A DNA stretch of 64,000 nt from Chloracidobacterium sp. (GTDB taxonomy: Bacteria > Acidobacteriota > Blastocatellia > Pyrinomonadales > Pyrinomonadaceae), in NCBI GenBank assembly GCA_031430895.1, contig JANPCJ010000349.1, positions 95 to 64,094 of the forward strand, written 5' to 3'. Positions 53,755-63,985 of the stretch are shown here, in pieces. Numbering within the stretch: position 1 is the first letter of the stretch; the number at the start of each line of letters is the position of its first letter. The notes under the pieces are model-generated. The model had not been told where the DNA came from, ran no database searches, and saw only the letters and a program-made list of their open reading frames with translations. The position numbers and the translations under genes were made by a program.

Positions 53755-55308
53755 ATGAACTTTTTTCAATTTCTACAACAAAATTGGGCTGAACTATTCA
53801 CACTAACCCGCGAACATATCTTCTTGGTTTTCATTTCGACTGGTTTTGCCATTCTTCTTGGTGTTCCGCTCGGCATTTTGCTCACACGGATTAAATCGCT
53901 GCAAACTCCGATCCTCGGCTTTGCAAACATCATGCAGACGGTGCCGAGCCTCGCCCTCTTTGGCCTGCTCATCCCGATCCCGTTTATCGGCGGCATCGGC
54001 GCTCGAACGGCGATCATCGCTCTTGCGCTGTACGCATTGCTGCCCGTGATTAGAAACACGGTCACTGGAATTCTCGGCATTGATCCAAAAGTGAGCGAGG
54101 CCGCGGTCGCGATGGGAATGACGAATTGGCAGCGGCTCAAGATGGTCGAGCTGCCGCTGGCGATGCCGGTTATGTTGACCGGAATTCGAGTCGCCGTGGT
54201 TATCTCGGTCGGCGTGGCAACGGTCGCGGCGGCGGTCGGGGCGGGCGGTCTCGGCACGTATATATTTCGCGGGCTGCGGCAAAATGATAATAATCTTTTG
54301 CTCGCCGGCGCGCTTTTCTCGGCCGTTCTCGCTTTGCTCTGTGACTTTGCGTTGGGTCAATTTGAGAAATCATACGCCATCGGCGAGAGATCGAAGACGC
54401 GCTCTAAACTGATCGGATTTGGAATAATCGGTTCCTTGCTTTTCATTTCAGGTCTCGGCGCCATTTCAAATTTCAGATCTGAAATTTCAAATTCAACTAA
54501 CGGCCGTGCTGGCGAATCTCGAACCGTGATCGTCGGGTCAAAGGACTTTACGGAATCGATAATCCTGGCTGAGATACTCTCTCAGATGCTGGAAAAACAG
54601 GGCGTCTCGGTAACGCGTCAATTCGAACTTGGCGGAAATATCGCCCACGAAAGCCTTCTTTCAAAACAGATCGATGTCTATCCCGAATACACCGGCACCG
54701 CCTTCACGGCCATTCTGAAAAAGGCGCCGATCACCGATCCGCAGGCGGTCTACGATCAGACTAAGGCCGAGTATGCCGACAAGTTCGCGCTCGATATCAG
54801 CCCGCCTCTCGGTTTTTCAAACGATTTCGCGATTCTCGTTCGCGGCGACGCAGCCCGCAAAAACAATCTAAAAACCATTTCCGACGCGGTGCCGCTCGCC
54901 AAAAACTGGCAGGCCGGTTTCGGCCAGGATTTTATGTCGCGAGCCGATGGCTATGCAGGCTTTTCAAAGGCTTACGGGTTCAAATTCGACAAGCAGCCTC
55001 GCGAAATGGATTTATCACTGACTTACCGAGCACTCGCTTCCGGCGAACTCGACATCATCGCCGGCAATTCGACCGACGGCCTGATCTCCGCTCTGGATCT
55101 GTTTCAGCTCGACGATGACAGACGCTACTTCCCGCCGTATCAGGCCGTTTTTGTTGCGAGAAATGAGGTGAGCGAAACCCTGAGCGAGACGCTTAATGCG
55201 TTGAAGAACGCGATCTCGACAGATGAAATGCGACGGCTGAATTACGAAGTAGATGGCAATAAACGCACACCGCGAGAAGTCGCGGCCGAATGGACTTCAA
55301 GAAAATAG
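53755..55308 (+). CDS. Fused ABC permease + glycine-betaine/choline-type substrate-binding protein
   Basis: The N-terminal ~200 aa are a BPD-type permease (MQTVPSLALFGLLIP). The C-terminal ~280 aa are an OpuC-like SBP (VIVGSKDFTESIILAEI, DVYPEYTGT). The linker contains AISNFRSEISNS, encoded by a repeat. Confidence 0.8.
   Translation: MNFFQFLQQNWAELFTLTREHIFLVFISTGFAILLGVPLGILLTRIKSLQTPILGFANIMQTVPSLALFGLLIPIPFIGGIGARTAIIALALYALLPVIRNTVTGILGIDPKVSEAAVAMGMTNWQRLKMVELPLAMPVMLTGIRVAVVISVGVATVAAAVGAGGLGTYIFRGLRQNDNNLLLAGALFSAVLALLCDFALGQFEKSYAIGERSKTRSKLIGFGIIGSLLFISGLGAISNFRSEISNSTNGRAGESRTVIVGSKDFTESIILAEILSQMLEKQGVSVTRQFELGGNIAHESLLSKQIDVYPEYTGTAFTAILKKAPITDPQAVYDQTKAEYADKFALDISPPLGFSNDFAILVRGDAARKNNLKTISDAVPLAKNWQAGFGQDFMSRADGYAGFSKAYGFKFDKQPREMDLSLTYRALASGELDIIAGNSTDGLISALDLFQLDDDRRYFPPYQAVFVARNEVSETLSETLNALKNAISTDEMRRLNYEVDGNKRTPREVAAEWTSRK
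54463..54494. repeat. aaatttca word element in-frame in the permease-SBP linker
   Basis: The element is atttcaaatttcagatctgaaatttcaaattc. It includes a perfect 20-bp palindrome aaatttcagatctgaaattt (54468-54487). Confidence 0.85.
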
Positions 55309-55527
55309 CTGGTGAGTTCATCGCACCGAGTTCCGGATTCGCCTCCGACCATCGCCCCCTTCTCGCCCTTTTCACGTGGGTTTTTGCGAGGCAATTCAGG
55401 AACTTGACTTAAGGGTTTTTAAGGGATATTATTCGCGTCGCCTACCACGACCGCCTTTCGCAGTCCCACGCCCGTTTGCGCAGCGGGCGGCACGATAGTA
55501 AATGTCACGGATTCGAGCGGGCAGTCT

Positions 55528-55800
55528 GTGCAGCTTCGGGACGGAATGATTTTCCGTCCGTCAGTAACCAGCTCGACGTCGCGAGTTGCCCACGTGGGCA
55601 ACATCATCCCGGCTGGCGAGATTAGCCCGGCGGCACGTGCTTTCTTTGCTGCTCTGCCCTTGCCAAATCTGGGCTCATTTATTCAGGACCGCGACTCGTT
55701 TGACGTTAAGGTCAACCACAATTTCAGCGACACTACTACGCAAGACCCGCAATTAGCTTTCGACGCGCCGGGTAAAGCCAATTATGGCCAATTGTTGGTT
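55528..55800 (+). pseudogene. Possible remnant of a TonB-dependent-receptor/carboxypeptidase-regulatory-like gene
   Basis: GNIIPAGEISPAARAFFAALPLPNL...DSFDVKVNHNFSD resembles an internal segment of acidobacterial TonB-receptor-like proteins (recalled). There is no N- or C-terminal context, and it runs into the convergent debranching-enzyme gene. Confidence 0.25.
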
Positions 55801-57773
55801 GTGAGTGCCGCTATCCGTAAAAGCTCCGCGACGCTCCAAGCCTGGGCGGCGCAGCCGCGAGGTTTGTGAGGCGGAGCGGCATCGAATATTTCGGAAATCT
55901 GGCCGGTAGACGCTTCGTTCAGGTGAATCTTGAAACCTTCGATGATTTCGGCGGCCCGCTTTTGCGCTCCGGCGTCGTTTGCGTTGACCCGGAGGTATGC
56001 GTCGACGAATGGACCGATGAGCCAGCCCCAAATGGTCCCCTGATGATACGATCCGTCACGCTCCAATGGCGAGCCGATATAGATCGGGACGTAGGCCGCG
56101 TCGCGCGGCGACAAGGATCTCAGGCCAACGGGGGTCAGAAGCTCGGCCTCGACTTTTTCGATAACTTTGCGGGCCCGTTCGTGCTCGAGCATTGTGTGCT
56201 TTAGACTAACGGCGAAGATCTGATTTGGCCTGATCGACGCGTCTTTTTCGTCGCCGTTTATGACGTCAAAAAGACAAGTGTTGGCTTCATTCCAAAACTG
56301 CCCATTAAAGCTGTCGCTTGCTATCTCGGCCATCTCGGAGTATTCCGAATGGCTATCGGCGTCGCCAAATCTCTCGGCCAGATCGGCCACGACGCAGAGT
56401 GCGTTATACCATAACGCCTGTATCTCGACCGCTTTGCCGGTGCGCGGCGTGACGACCCAATCGCCGATCTTGGCGTCCATCCAGGTCAACTGCACACCGG
56501 GCTCGCCTGAGTAAAGCAGGCCGTCGGTATCGACATGTATGCCGTACCGCGTACCGCGAATATGCCAGTCGATAATATCGATGAGCTTGTCGTAGAGCAT
56601 TCTGCGAACGAATTCGAAATCGCCCGTTTCCTCCGTGTAGGCACGGATAGCTTCGAAAAACCAGAGCGTCGCGTCGACCGTGTTGTATTCCGGTATTTCG
56701 CCTGCGTCGGGAAACCGGTTTGGCAGCATTCCGTCGGAAATGTGCTTTGAAAACTCCGTCAAAATGCTCTTGGCGACGCCGGGCCGATTGGTTGCTAAGG
56801 TGAGCCCCGGCAGGGCGATCATCGTGTCGCGGCCCCAATCGGAGAACCAGTGGTAGCCCGCGATCACGGTCTTGCCTGTCCCCCGGTTAACGATAAACTG
56901 ATCGGCGGCAAGCACCAGCGCCGATGTAAACTCATCCGCCGCACCGGCTGTTTTGATCAAATTTGCACGTCGCCGTATTTCGGCTTTTTCGAAAACCGCC
57001 GCGAACGAAACGTCTTGCGGTTCCGTTGACGCGATAATGCAGGCCTCAGTTGACAGGTCAAAACGTAGGCTGAACGGCTGAAAAAGATCCTCGGAAAAGT
57101 CAAAACCGCGCTCCATCTCGATCAAATACTCAAAATGTCGATACCATTGCCCCTCGTTCTCAATCGCGTCCGCATTGTGAGCGAAATGCAGAGTGGGCAT
57201 TTCCGGGTACGGCGAGATTGAAACCAGATTTTCTTCCGTCTGATATTCATGGCTGAAAGCGGAATCTTCGTGACGCAAATGATGATGATCGCGAAAGGCC
57301 AGAAATGGTTTCAACTCGAGTTCAAATCTCTTATCCGGAATTTCAGATTTGAGACTTGAAATTTCAGATTCGTCTTTGATTCTCCAGCGGCAGACTACGG
57401 ATTCCTCACCGTAAACCATAAAGATGGACTTCTCAATCTCGACGCCGTTTACTTCGAATGTCCATCGGGGGAATGGGTCGAGGCGGAAATATTTTAAGAA
57501 TTTGTAGCCTTCGGGATGCACTTTTCCGGGATACTGGTTCGTCGAGATTTCGTAACGCTCGCCGTCGATAATCAGCGTCTCTTCAAATTTCGAAAGCAGA
57601 ACCATCCGGCCCAGGGGCGGCCGCGTCGCGGCGACAAGCAATCCGTGATACCGGCGTGTATTCGCGCCCGAAACGCTCGATGACGCATAACCGCCGAGGC
57701 CGTTGGTTTCGAGCCATTCGCGTACTGAAGAGCTTTCGAACTGGCCGCAAACTTCAATGTCTAATTCAATCAT
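55782..57773 (-). CDS. Glycogen debranching enzyme (amylo-alpha-1,6-glucosidase family)
   Basis: The N-terminal REWLETNGLGGYASSSVSGANTRRYHGLL, then VIAGYHWFSDWGRDTMIAL and AAQAWSVAELLR. Confidence 0.8.
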   Translation of the reverse strand: MIELDIEVCGQFESSSVREWLETNGLGGYASSSVSGANTRRYHGLLVAATRPPLGRMVLLSKFEETLIIDGERYEISTNQYPGKVHPEGYKFLKYFRLDPFPRWTFEVNGVEIEKSIFMVYGEESVVCRWRIKDESEISSLKSEIPDKRFELELKPFLAFRDHHHLRHEDSAFSHEYQTEENLVSISPYPEMPTLHFAHNADAIENEGQWYRHFEYLIEMERGFDFSEDLFQPFSLRFDLSTEACIIASTEPQDVSFAAVFEKAEIRRRANLIKTAGAADEFTSALVLAADQFIVNRGTGKTVIAGYHWFSDWGRDTMIALPGLTLATNRPGVAKSILTEFSKHISDGMLPNRFPDAGEIPEYNTVDATLWFFEAIRAYTEETGDFEFVRRMLYDKLIDIIDWHIRGTRYGIHVDTDGLLYSGEPGVQLTWMDAKIGDWVVTPRTGKAVEIQALWYNALCVVADLAERFGDADSHSEYSEMAEIASDSFNGQFWNEANTCLFDVINGDEKDASIRPNQIFAVSLKHTMLEHERARKVIEKVEAELLTPVGLRSLSPRDAAYVPIYIGSPLERDGSYHQGTIWGWLIGPFVDAYLRVNANDAGAQKRAAEIIEGFKIHLNEASTGQISEIFDAAPPHKPRGCAAQAWSVAELLRIAALTTNNWP
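57337..57371. repeat. aatttcagatt word element in-frame in the debranching enzyme
   Basis: ggaatttcagatttgagacttgaaatttcagattc encodes ESEISSLKSEIP. Confidence 0.75.
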
Positions 57774-57924
57774 TCAAACCTCATCACCGGAAGAAATTAA
57801 GCGCAAAGCCCGCAAAGCGATGCACAAGCCCGCGCGTAAGCTAGGGCGATACGTTCAAGTCGCGTGTTTCGCCCTTGCTTACGCGCAGGCTTGTGTATTG
57901 CTTTGCGTTGAAATTCTTTCATCT

Positions 57925-60597
57925 TCATTCCCCGCTTTGCTGAAGCAGCTTGGCGACGAGCCCGGTCCATCCGGTTTGATGACTTGCGCCAGCGCCGGAG
58001 CCGTTGTCGCCGTGGAAGTATTCATAAAATAGAACGTGATCGCGGAAATGCGGATCACTGCGGAATTTCTCCGACTCGCCAAAAACCGGACGATGACCTG
58101 CGGCGTCGTTTAGGAAAATATGAGACAGCCGCCGCGACAATTCCTGTGAAACCTCCCACAGATTCATCATGTTGCCGGAACCCGTCGGGCATTCGATCTT
58201 AAAATCGTCGCCGTAGTAATGATGAAATTTTTGAAGCGATTCGATCAGCAGATAATTGACGGGAAACCAGATTGGCCCCCGCCAATTCGAGTTGCCGCCA
58301 AAAAGACCGCTTGACGATTCTCCCGGTTCGTAATCGACGCGATGCTCGCGGCCATCCACTTCCAAAATATAGGGGCAGTCTTTGTGAAACCGTGAAACGG
58401 CGCGAATGCCGTATGGCGACAGGAATTCTTCCTCGTCGAGCATTATTTTCAGAACGCGTTCGAGCCGGTCGCGGTAGGCGATTGCCAATAGGCGACGCTC
58501 GCCCATGCCGGGTTTACGCAGGCAATTTATATGTCCGGTAAGGTCTGGCCGGTTGTCGATAAACCATTGCAGACGGCGTTTAAAAGCTGGAAGTGCGTCC
58601 AAAACATCCGGCTCGATGGTCGCAACCGCAAACAGCGGAATCAGCCCGACCATCGAGCGTACTTTTAGCGGCATGCTGTAACCGGCACCTGGCAAATGCA
58701 GCACGTCGTAGTAAAAACCGTCGGCCTCGTCCCACAACGAAATATCCTCGTCGCCGATCTTGTTCATCGCGTCTGAAATAAAAAGGAAATGCTCCCAAAA
58801 TTTACTGGCGACATCCTCGTAACACTCATCGACCGTCGACAGTTCGAGGGCGATCGCGAGCATATTCAGACAGTACATCGCCATCCAGCTTGTGCCGTCA
58901 GACTGGGCCAGACGGCCGCCCGTCGGCAGCGGCTGCGAGCGGTCAAAGACGCCGATGTTGTCGAGACCCAGAAATCCGCCTTCAAAAACATTCTTGCCCT
59001 CGGCGTCTTTTCGGTTTACCCACCACGTGAAATTCAGTAGCAGCTTCTGGAATATCCGGGCCAGGAATTTCCTGTCGCCATCGCCGCCCCGTTTCTTTTT
59101 GTCTATTTGATAAACACGAAACGCGGCCCAGGCATGAACCGGAGGATTGACATCGCCAAACGCCCACTCGTATGCCGGAATCTGGCCGTTCGGGTGCATG
59201 TACCACTCGCGGAGGATTAATATCAGCTGTTCTTTGGCAAATTCGCCATCGACCATGGCGAGCGGGATGCAGTGAAACGCCAGGTCCCAGGCCGCGTACC
59301 AGGGGTATTCCCATTTATCCGGCATCGAGATAATGTCGGAATTAAAAAGATGGCCCCAGTCGCGGTTCCGGCCACGGATGCGCTCGGCAGGCGGCGTTGG
59401 CATAGCCGGATCGCCGGCCACCCAATCGCGTATCACGTAGTGATAATACTGCTTCGACCACAACATCCCCGCAAATGCCTGACGCTGAACGGCCTTCGCG
59501 TCGTCCGACAGCTCGCCTTGCGCTAACACCGCGTAAAATTCGTCGGCTTCGCTAATTCGCGCGGCAAAGATCGAATCAAAATCGGCGAACGCATAGTCGC
59601 TTTTTCCGCTTTTCTTGGCGTCCTCTGCGTCGTCGCGTGAAAATTCCTGATCGCTCAGCCGCATCCGCAGAGTGACTTCCGATTTACCGGGAACGGCGAC
59701 GCGATAATTTCCCGCCGCCTTCGTACCCGTTTCCGCAGGATTGACAGCGTGTGTTTTGCCGTTGACGACATAATCGTTGATGCCGTCTTTAACGAAGGGC
59801 GTCCGATTATCTCCACCGAACACACGCTCGTTATTAGTCTCGTTCTCGGTAAAAAGCAGCTCTGGCGAGCCATCAAAATACAGGAAGCGTTTATTGAGCG
59901 TTTGGTGGTCGATCTCGATCGCGTTCGATCCCGAGCGATAGATCGACCCTTCAGCGTCTTTGCCGTCCCACGTCCAGGTGTTTCGAAACCAGACCGTCGG
60001 GAGCACATTTATCATCGCTTCGTCATCGGCGCGATTGGCGACTGTGATTTTGATCAGAATGTCATCGATATCGCCCTTTGCGTATTCGATGAATACGTCA
60101 AAATACTTGTCCTCTTCAAAAATGCCGGTGTCCATCAACTCGAACTCGCGTTCGCGTTTGCTCCGGCGTCGGTTTTCGTCTAACAGCGCTCCGTAGGGAA
60201 AGGCTGCTTGCGGATACTTGTACAAGTACTTCATGTACGAGTGTGTCGGCGTCGAATCGAGGTAGTAATATATTTCTTTCACGTCTTCGCCATGATTGCC
60301 CTCGTTGCCAGTCAGTCCAAAAAGCCTCTCTTTGAGAATTCCGTCGTTGCCGTTCCACAAAGCTATGGAAAAACAGATATTCTGCTGGCGGTTGCTGATA
60401 CCCGCCAATCCGTCTTCGTTCCAACGATATGCGCGTGATCGCGCATGATCGTGCGAAAAATACTCCCACGCCGAACCATGCGGCGAATAGTCTTCGCGAA
60501 CCGTCCCCCAAGCACGCTCGCTGAGATATGGCCCCCACTTTTTCCAATGTCGAGTGCGTTCGTTAGATTCGGCCAGGCGTTTTTCTTCCGCTTTCAT
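57925..60597 (-). CDS. GH63-like (MGH1-type) glucosidase
   Basis: 890 aa. The N-terminal [23 protein letters not shown] and the later (alpha/alpha)6-type segments ([17 protein letters not shown]) are recalled from proteins annotated as glucosidase. Confidence 0.55.
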   Translation of the reverse strand: MKAEEKRLAESNERTRHWKKWGPYLSERAWGTVREDYSPHGSAWEYFSHDHARSRAYRWNEDGLAGISNRQQNICFSIALWNGNDGILKERLFGLTGNEGNHGEDVKEIYYYLDSTPTHSYMKYLYKYPQAAFPYGALLDENRRRSKREREFELMDTGIFEEDKYFDVFIEYAKGDIDDILIKITVANRADDEAMINVLPTVWFRNTWTWDGKDAEGSIYRSGSNAIEIDHQTLNKRFLYFDGSPELLFTENETNNERVFGGDNRTPFVKDGINDYVVNGKTHAVNPAETGTKAAGNYRVAVPGKSEVTLRMRLSDQEFSRDDAEDAKKSGKSDYAFADFDSIFAARISEADEFYAVLAQGELSDDAKAVQRQAFAGMLWSKQYYHYVIRDWVAGDPAMPTPPAERIRGRNRDWGHLFNSDIISMPDKWEYPWYAAWDLAFHCIPLAMVDGEFAKEQLILILREWYMHPNGQIPAYEWAFGDVNPPVHAWAAFRVYQIDKKKRGGDGDRKFLARIFQKLLLNFTWWVNRKDAEGKNVFEGGFLGLDNIGVFDRSQPLPTGGRLAQSDGTSWMAMYCLNMLAIALELSTVDECYEDVASKFWEHFLFISDAMNKIGDEDISLWDEADGFYYDVLHLPGAGYSMPLKVRSMVGLIPLFAVATIEPDVLDALPAFKRRLQWFIDNRPDLTGHINCLRKPGMGERRLLAIAYRDRLERVLKIMLDEEEFLSPYGIRAVSRFHKDCPYILEVDGREHRVDYEPGESSSGLFGGNSNWRGPIWFPVNYLLIESLQKFHHYYGDDFKIECPTGSGNMMNLWEVSQELSRRLSHIFLNDAAGHRPVFGESEKFRSDPHFRDHVLFYEYFHGDNGSGAGASHQTGWTGLVAKLLQQSGE

Positions 60598-60648
60598 AAT
60601 GTAAAATCCTCGACTGGAGGGAAAGCAGGATGCCTGCCCTCCAGTCCG

Positions 60649-61986
60649 TTACAAAGCCCGGTTTCTCAGTATTTTAACGAAAGACCCGGATCGCAATTCG
60701 TCGAGCGTTATGCTCGTCCGGTCGAGTGCCTCTTGTTCTGTCACGGCCCCGCAGTTTATGGCCCGCAGAAAATAATTGAGCAGACCCTGACCGGTCGCGG
60801 CATCGTCAAACACATCGCCGACGAGCGTTGCCTGAGCCGCCTTTTCGACAAAGTTTCGCAGACGTTCCGACGCGGCGTCGAGGCCTTCGAGAAAAAATGT
60901 GAAGACTGCGGCATAACGCGTCGGCAACTGTGCCGGATGTAAATCCCAGCCCTGGTAAAATGCATTGGCGAGCGAATGGCGGCAGTGATCGTAATGCAGT
61001 TTCCACGCCCGGTGGACAACCCTCCGATTCTCGGCGATCTGCTCGGCGGTCAAATTTTCGCCGCGATGAGGAGCGACGGGCATAATGTTCGTCGCGCCGT
61101 CCGACAGCCAAACGCCCGTACCGCCAAACGAGACCTGCATCATGTGGCGGGCAAAATCACATGCGGGATGGAGCATGTCCTGATACGCGGCGGTGATAGA
61201 GCAACTGGCGGTGTAATCGTACGTTCCAAAATGCGCGGCGGTACATCGTCCGCGAGCCGCTTCGAGCATCTGCGGCATCCCGATCTCGCCATTGGAAGCG
61301 ATGATCGACTGCGTCGTCTCGATCATCATCTCCATTTTCAAAGATCCGGTCGCAACTCCGAGTCTTGGTTCGATATCATCAAAAATATCGGCGAGCGCCG
61401 CGACCTGTTCGGGCGTGACGATCTTTGGCAGTGTCACGACGAAATTATCCGGCATCTTAGCTCCCGAAGCCGCGACAAGCGTCGTCAGAAACAAGTCCAG
61501 TGTACGAATGCTCCGCGCGTGAAGCTCCTCGCTAAAGGTCTTGATACGAATCCCGATAAACGGTGACAGCGTACCCGCCGCCATTCCTTTCGCCACTTCC
61601 TGTGCCGCAGACATCGCATGGCCGTCCTCTTCGGCGTCGGCCCGCGTTCCATAGCCATCCTCAAAATCAATCCGGAAATCCTCGACCGCCTCGCGTACGA
61701 TCTTTTCACCGACACGGGCGAAGATCGTATCGGCCAGATTCGCCGGCAGATCGAGAGCTCTGGAAAAAGCCGCAGCATCAGGTGCAAACGCCTCGAACGA
61801 CCGAACCGCAAACTGCCCGAGCCTAATCGCCGTATCCGACTTAAAAAGATGAGCTCCGCCGTAAACCGTGTGCACAGGCTGCCGCCGGCCCGATTCCCCC
61901 GGATAGCGTTCGGCAAAGCCGGCCATGGAGGAGAGCAATCGTTTCGTAATATTCTGAAAGGACTCCTCGGAAAGCGTTGTATTCAT
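60649..61986 (-). CDS. Uncharacterised enzyme, possibly of the aldolase/citrate-lyase/malate-synthase-like TIM-barrel superfamily
   Basis: 445 aa. The segment VVTLPKIVTPEQVAALADIFDDIE...LKMEMMIETTQSI resembles HpcH/CitE-type strands. The assignment is weak. It is adjacent to the uricase cluster. Confidence 0.3.
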   Translation of the reverse strand: MNTTLSEESFQNITKRLLSSMAGFAERYPGESGRRQPVHTVYGGAHLFKSDTAIRLGQFAVRSFEAFAPDAAAFSRALDLPANLADTIFARVGEKIVREAVEDFRIDFEDGYGTRADAEEDGHAMSAAQEVAKGMAAGTLSPFIGIRIKTFSEELHARSIRTLDLFLTTLVAASGAKMPDNFVVTLPKIVTPEQVAALADIFDDIEPRLGVATGSLKMEMMIETTQSIIASNGEIGMPQMLEAARGRCTAAHFGTYDYTASCSITAAYQDMLHPACDFARHMMQVSFGGTGVWLSDGATNIMPVAPHRGENLTAEQIAENRRVVHRAWKLHYDHCRHSLANAFYQGWDLHPAQLPTRYAAVFTFFLEGLDAASERLRNFVEKAAQATLVGDVFDDAATGQGLLNYFLRAINCGAVTEQEALDRTSITLDELRSGSFVKILRNRAL

Positions 61987-62100
61987 ATGACGTAAAAATC
62001 GTACGACAGACTGCCGAGTTTGTCGATCAAGTTGAGGTTCAATTCAACTTGACCTACTACCAATCGTGCTAAACAGGCTCGGCAGCCTATTTCCACGTTT

Positions 62101-62946
62101 CTACCGGCTCAATCTAGCCTCGATCAACCCGTGCGGCTCGTCTGTCGGAACGAAGATGCGATTATCATTTTCGAGGCCAAATTTTGAAATATCTACCGAC
62201 AGGCAATGAATATTTGGCAGCGAAAAAGCGATCTCATCCACTGAGGTGAATTTATCCAATATTGCCTCGCCAATTGCATAAAGCGTGTGTTGGACCGAAA
62301 GGCTGTCGTGATCGGCAAAGACCTGAAGAATCGTACGCCGAATCGCGTGAAACACCTCATCCGTAGCGGCCCCGGCGTTCGCGTAACGCCAGGTCGCTTT
62401 GATCGCTGTTGACAAAATGCGGTCGGTCGTCTCCGGGAGCGACGTAAATGGGTCCTTAATAAACCCGGAAAATCCTGAACCGGTTGTTTTCAGGACGATC
62501 AAGTCCTCGACGCCTGATTCAACAATTACGCATTCGCGTGACGCCGTGATGTTCGCCGTCCGTTTCTCATCGCTTCCTTTTACAAACGAATGCGGATGGC
62601 CTCGGCCGTCAAATTTCATCCGCTTCCAGAGCGTTTCAAAGATATCTATGCTAACCCGTGAGACCTGGCTGTTATTCGTCAGAAAATGCGCGGCGAGACG
62701 CCGGCCAAACGCTTCAACCTGTTCGATCTCTTCCGTCTGTCCGGCCAGTGCATAGACCGTATTTTTCATCGTATCGGTCGGCAAGCACAGGCTGTTATCA
62801 CCGGCGGTATGAATAGAGTCGAAATCTCCTTCCAGAGAGATATTTACGGTGAGATTCTGAAGCTCGTGACGAGCGCCGTCGCGGGCGACCTTCATCAGAC
62901 GCACTCTCGACTTGCCATAATTATCATGGACGATCTTTATTGACAT
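62101..62946 (-). CDS. Urate oxidase (factor-independent uricase)
   Basis: MSIKIVHDNYGKSRVRLMKV...TDTMKNTVYALA. The protein is 281 aa with a two-tunnelling-fold layout. Confidence 0.85.
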   Translation of the reverse strand: MSIKIVHDNYGKSRVRLMKVARDGARHELQNLTVNISLEGDFDSIHTAGDNSLCLPTDTMKNTVYALAGQTEEIEQVEAFGRRLAAHFLTNNSQVSRVSIDIFETLWKRMKFDGRGHPHSFVKGSDEKRTANITASRECVIVESGVEDLIVLKTTGSGFSGFIKDPFTSLPETTDRILSTAIKATWRYANAGAATDEVFHAIRRTILQVFADHDSLSVQHTLYAIGEAILDKFTSVDEIAFSLPNIHCLSVDISKFGLENDNRIFVPTDEPHGLIEARLSR

Positions 62947-63020
62947 ATCTAGTGTAGTGATTCTAACGCTTCCTTACAATGATCAATTTAGTTGGCATTC
63001 GGTGTCGGATTTTGAATCTC

Positions 63021-63081
63021 CGGAATAACTGATAGCTGATAGCTGATAGCCCAAATCGCTTTCCTGAATTATCAGTTCAGC
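63021..63081. repeat. Word hairpin (ctgatag words), imperfect
   Basis: The left arm is cggaataactgatagctgatagctgatagc (63021-63050). The partial right arm is gaattatcagttcagc (63066-63081). Confidence 0.6.
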
Positions 63082-63161
63082 ACCATTGGTTCCATTCAAG
63101 TTGAATGAAACGCGACTTGATCGACAGACTCGGCAGTCTGTCGTACCAGCGGGTAAACCTC

Positions 63162-63506
63162 TCAGCTTCCGCGATAGGTCGAGTACCCGAACGGGCTCAG
63201 CAGCAGCGGCACGTGATAGTGCTGCTGGGCGTCCTTAATGACAAAGCTGATCGTAATCTGAGGGAAAAAGCTGTCGATATTTCGGAGCATGAAATACGTT
63301 CCCGTTTCAAAGATCAGGCGGTAATGTCCGGGTAAAAAGGCGTCACGCTCCGGCACGAGGCCGTTGACCCTGCCGTCGATATCGGTAATGCCTTCGCCGA
63401 CCATTTGCCAACCGGTCGTATGGGTTTTGCGTTCCAGCACAACCGGAATTCCGGCACCGGGACGCCCGACGGTTGTGTCAAGGACATGTGTCGTGATCGC
63501 TCTCAT
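63162..63506 (-). CDS. uraH: 5-hydroxyisourate hydrolase (transthyretin-like)
   Basis: ITTHVLDTTVGRPGAGIPV and the C-terminal YHVPLLLSPFGYSTYRGS (YRGS signature). Confidence 0.9.
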   Translation of the reverse strand: MRAITTHVLDTTVGRPGAGIPVVLERKTHTTGWQMVGEGITDIDGRVNGLVPERDAFLPGHYRLIFETGTYFMLRNIDSFFPQITISFVIKDAQQHYHVPLLLSPFGYSTYRGS

Positions 63507-63985
63507 CTCTCTAACAGTTTATTTAGCCTTATCGCGGTGATTTTTCGCTGCTCATCAGCCGCGATTCGCATTTCCGTTTGCTTTGAATTGCCGAGACGCG
63601 CCTGGGCTATCGCGAGCATCTCATCAGCGGATTTTCCCGTCGCACAAACGATAAATATAAACCCGAATTTCTCTTCATACAAGCGGTTAGCTTCGGTCAA
63701 CTTATCGAGAACATTTGCCGCCGCCGAATCGACTTGCGATTGTTCGCCTTCTGACCACACGGCCGATCTGGCCTGCTGCTTCTTTGCGGCCTGTTTTGAG
63801 CCGATCTTCGGGTGAGCGGCGAACGCTTCCAAATGATCGGCGGACGTCAGCGACCACCAAATCCTGTCGGCGGATTCGAAAAGATTCTCAAGCATTGCAA
63901 ATGGCCGCCCGGCGGTCATCCCCCGGGCCCACTCGCGCGAACCGCAACACTCGCAGAAAACCGATTCGGCCTCCACGGGCGGCAA
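63503..63985 (-). CDS. uraD: OHCU decarboxylase
   Basis: FAAHPKIGSK and GFIFIVCATGKSADEML. It overlaps uraH by 4 nt. Confidence 0.8.
   Translation of the reverse strand: MPPVEAESVFCECCGSREWARGMTAGRPFAMLENLFESADRIWWSLTSADHLEAFAAHPKIGSKQAAKKQQARSAVWSEGEQSQVDSAAANVLDKLTEANRLYEEKFGFIFIVCATGKSADEMLAIAQARLGNSKQTEMRIAADEQRKITAIRLNKLLER

Noticed and set aside
55584-55601. The palindrome gttgcccacgtgggcaac, considered as a second parS.
   Set aside because: It shares only the CACGTG centre with parS, and the flanking half-sites differ from both canonical parS and the 15174 palindrome. It also lies far from parAB, inside a gene remnant.
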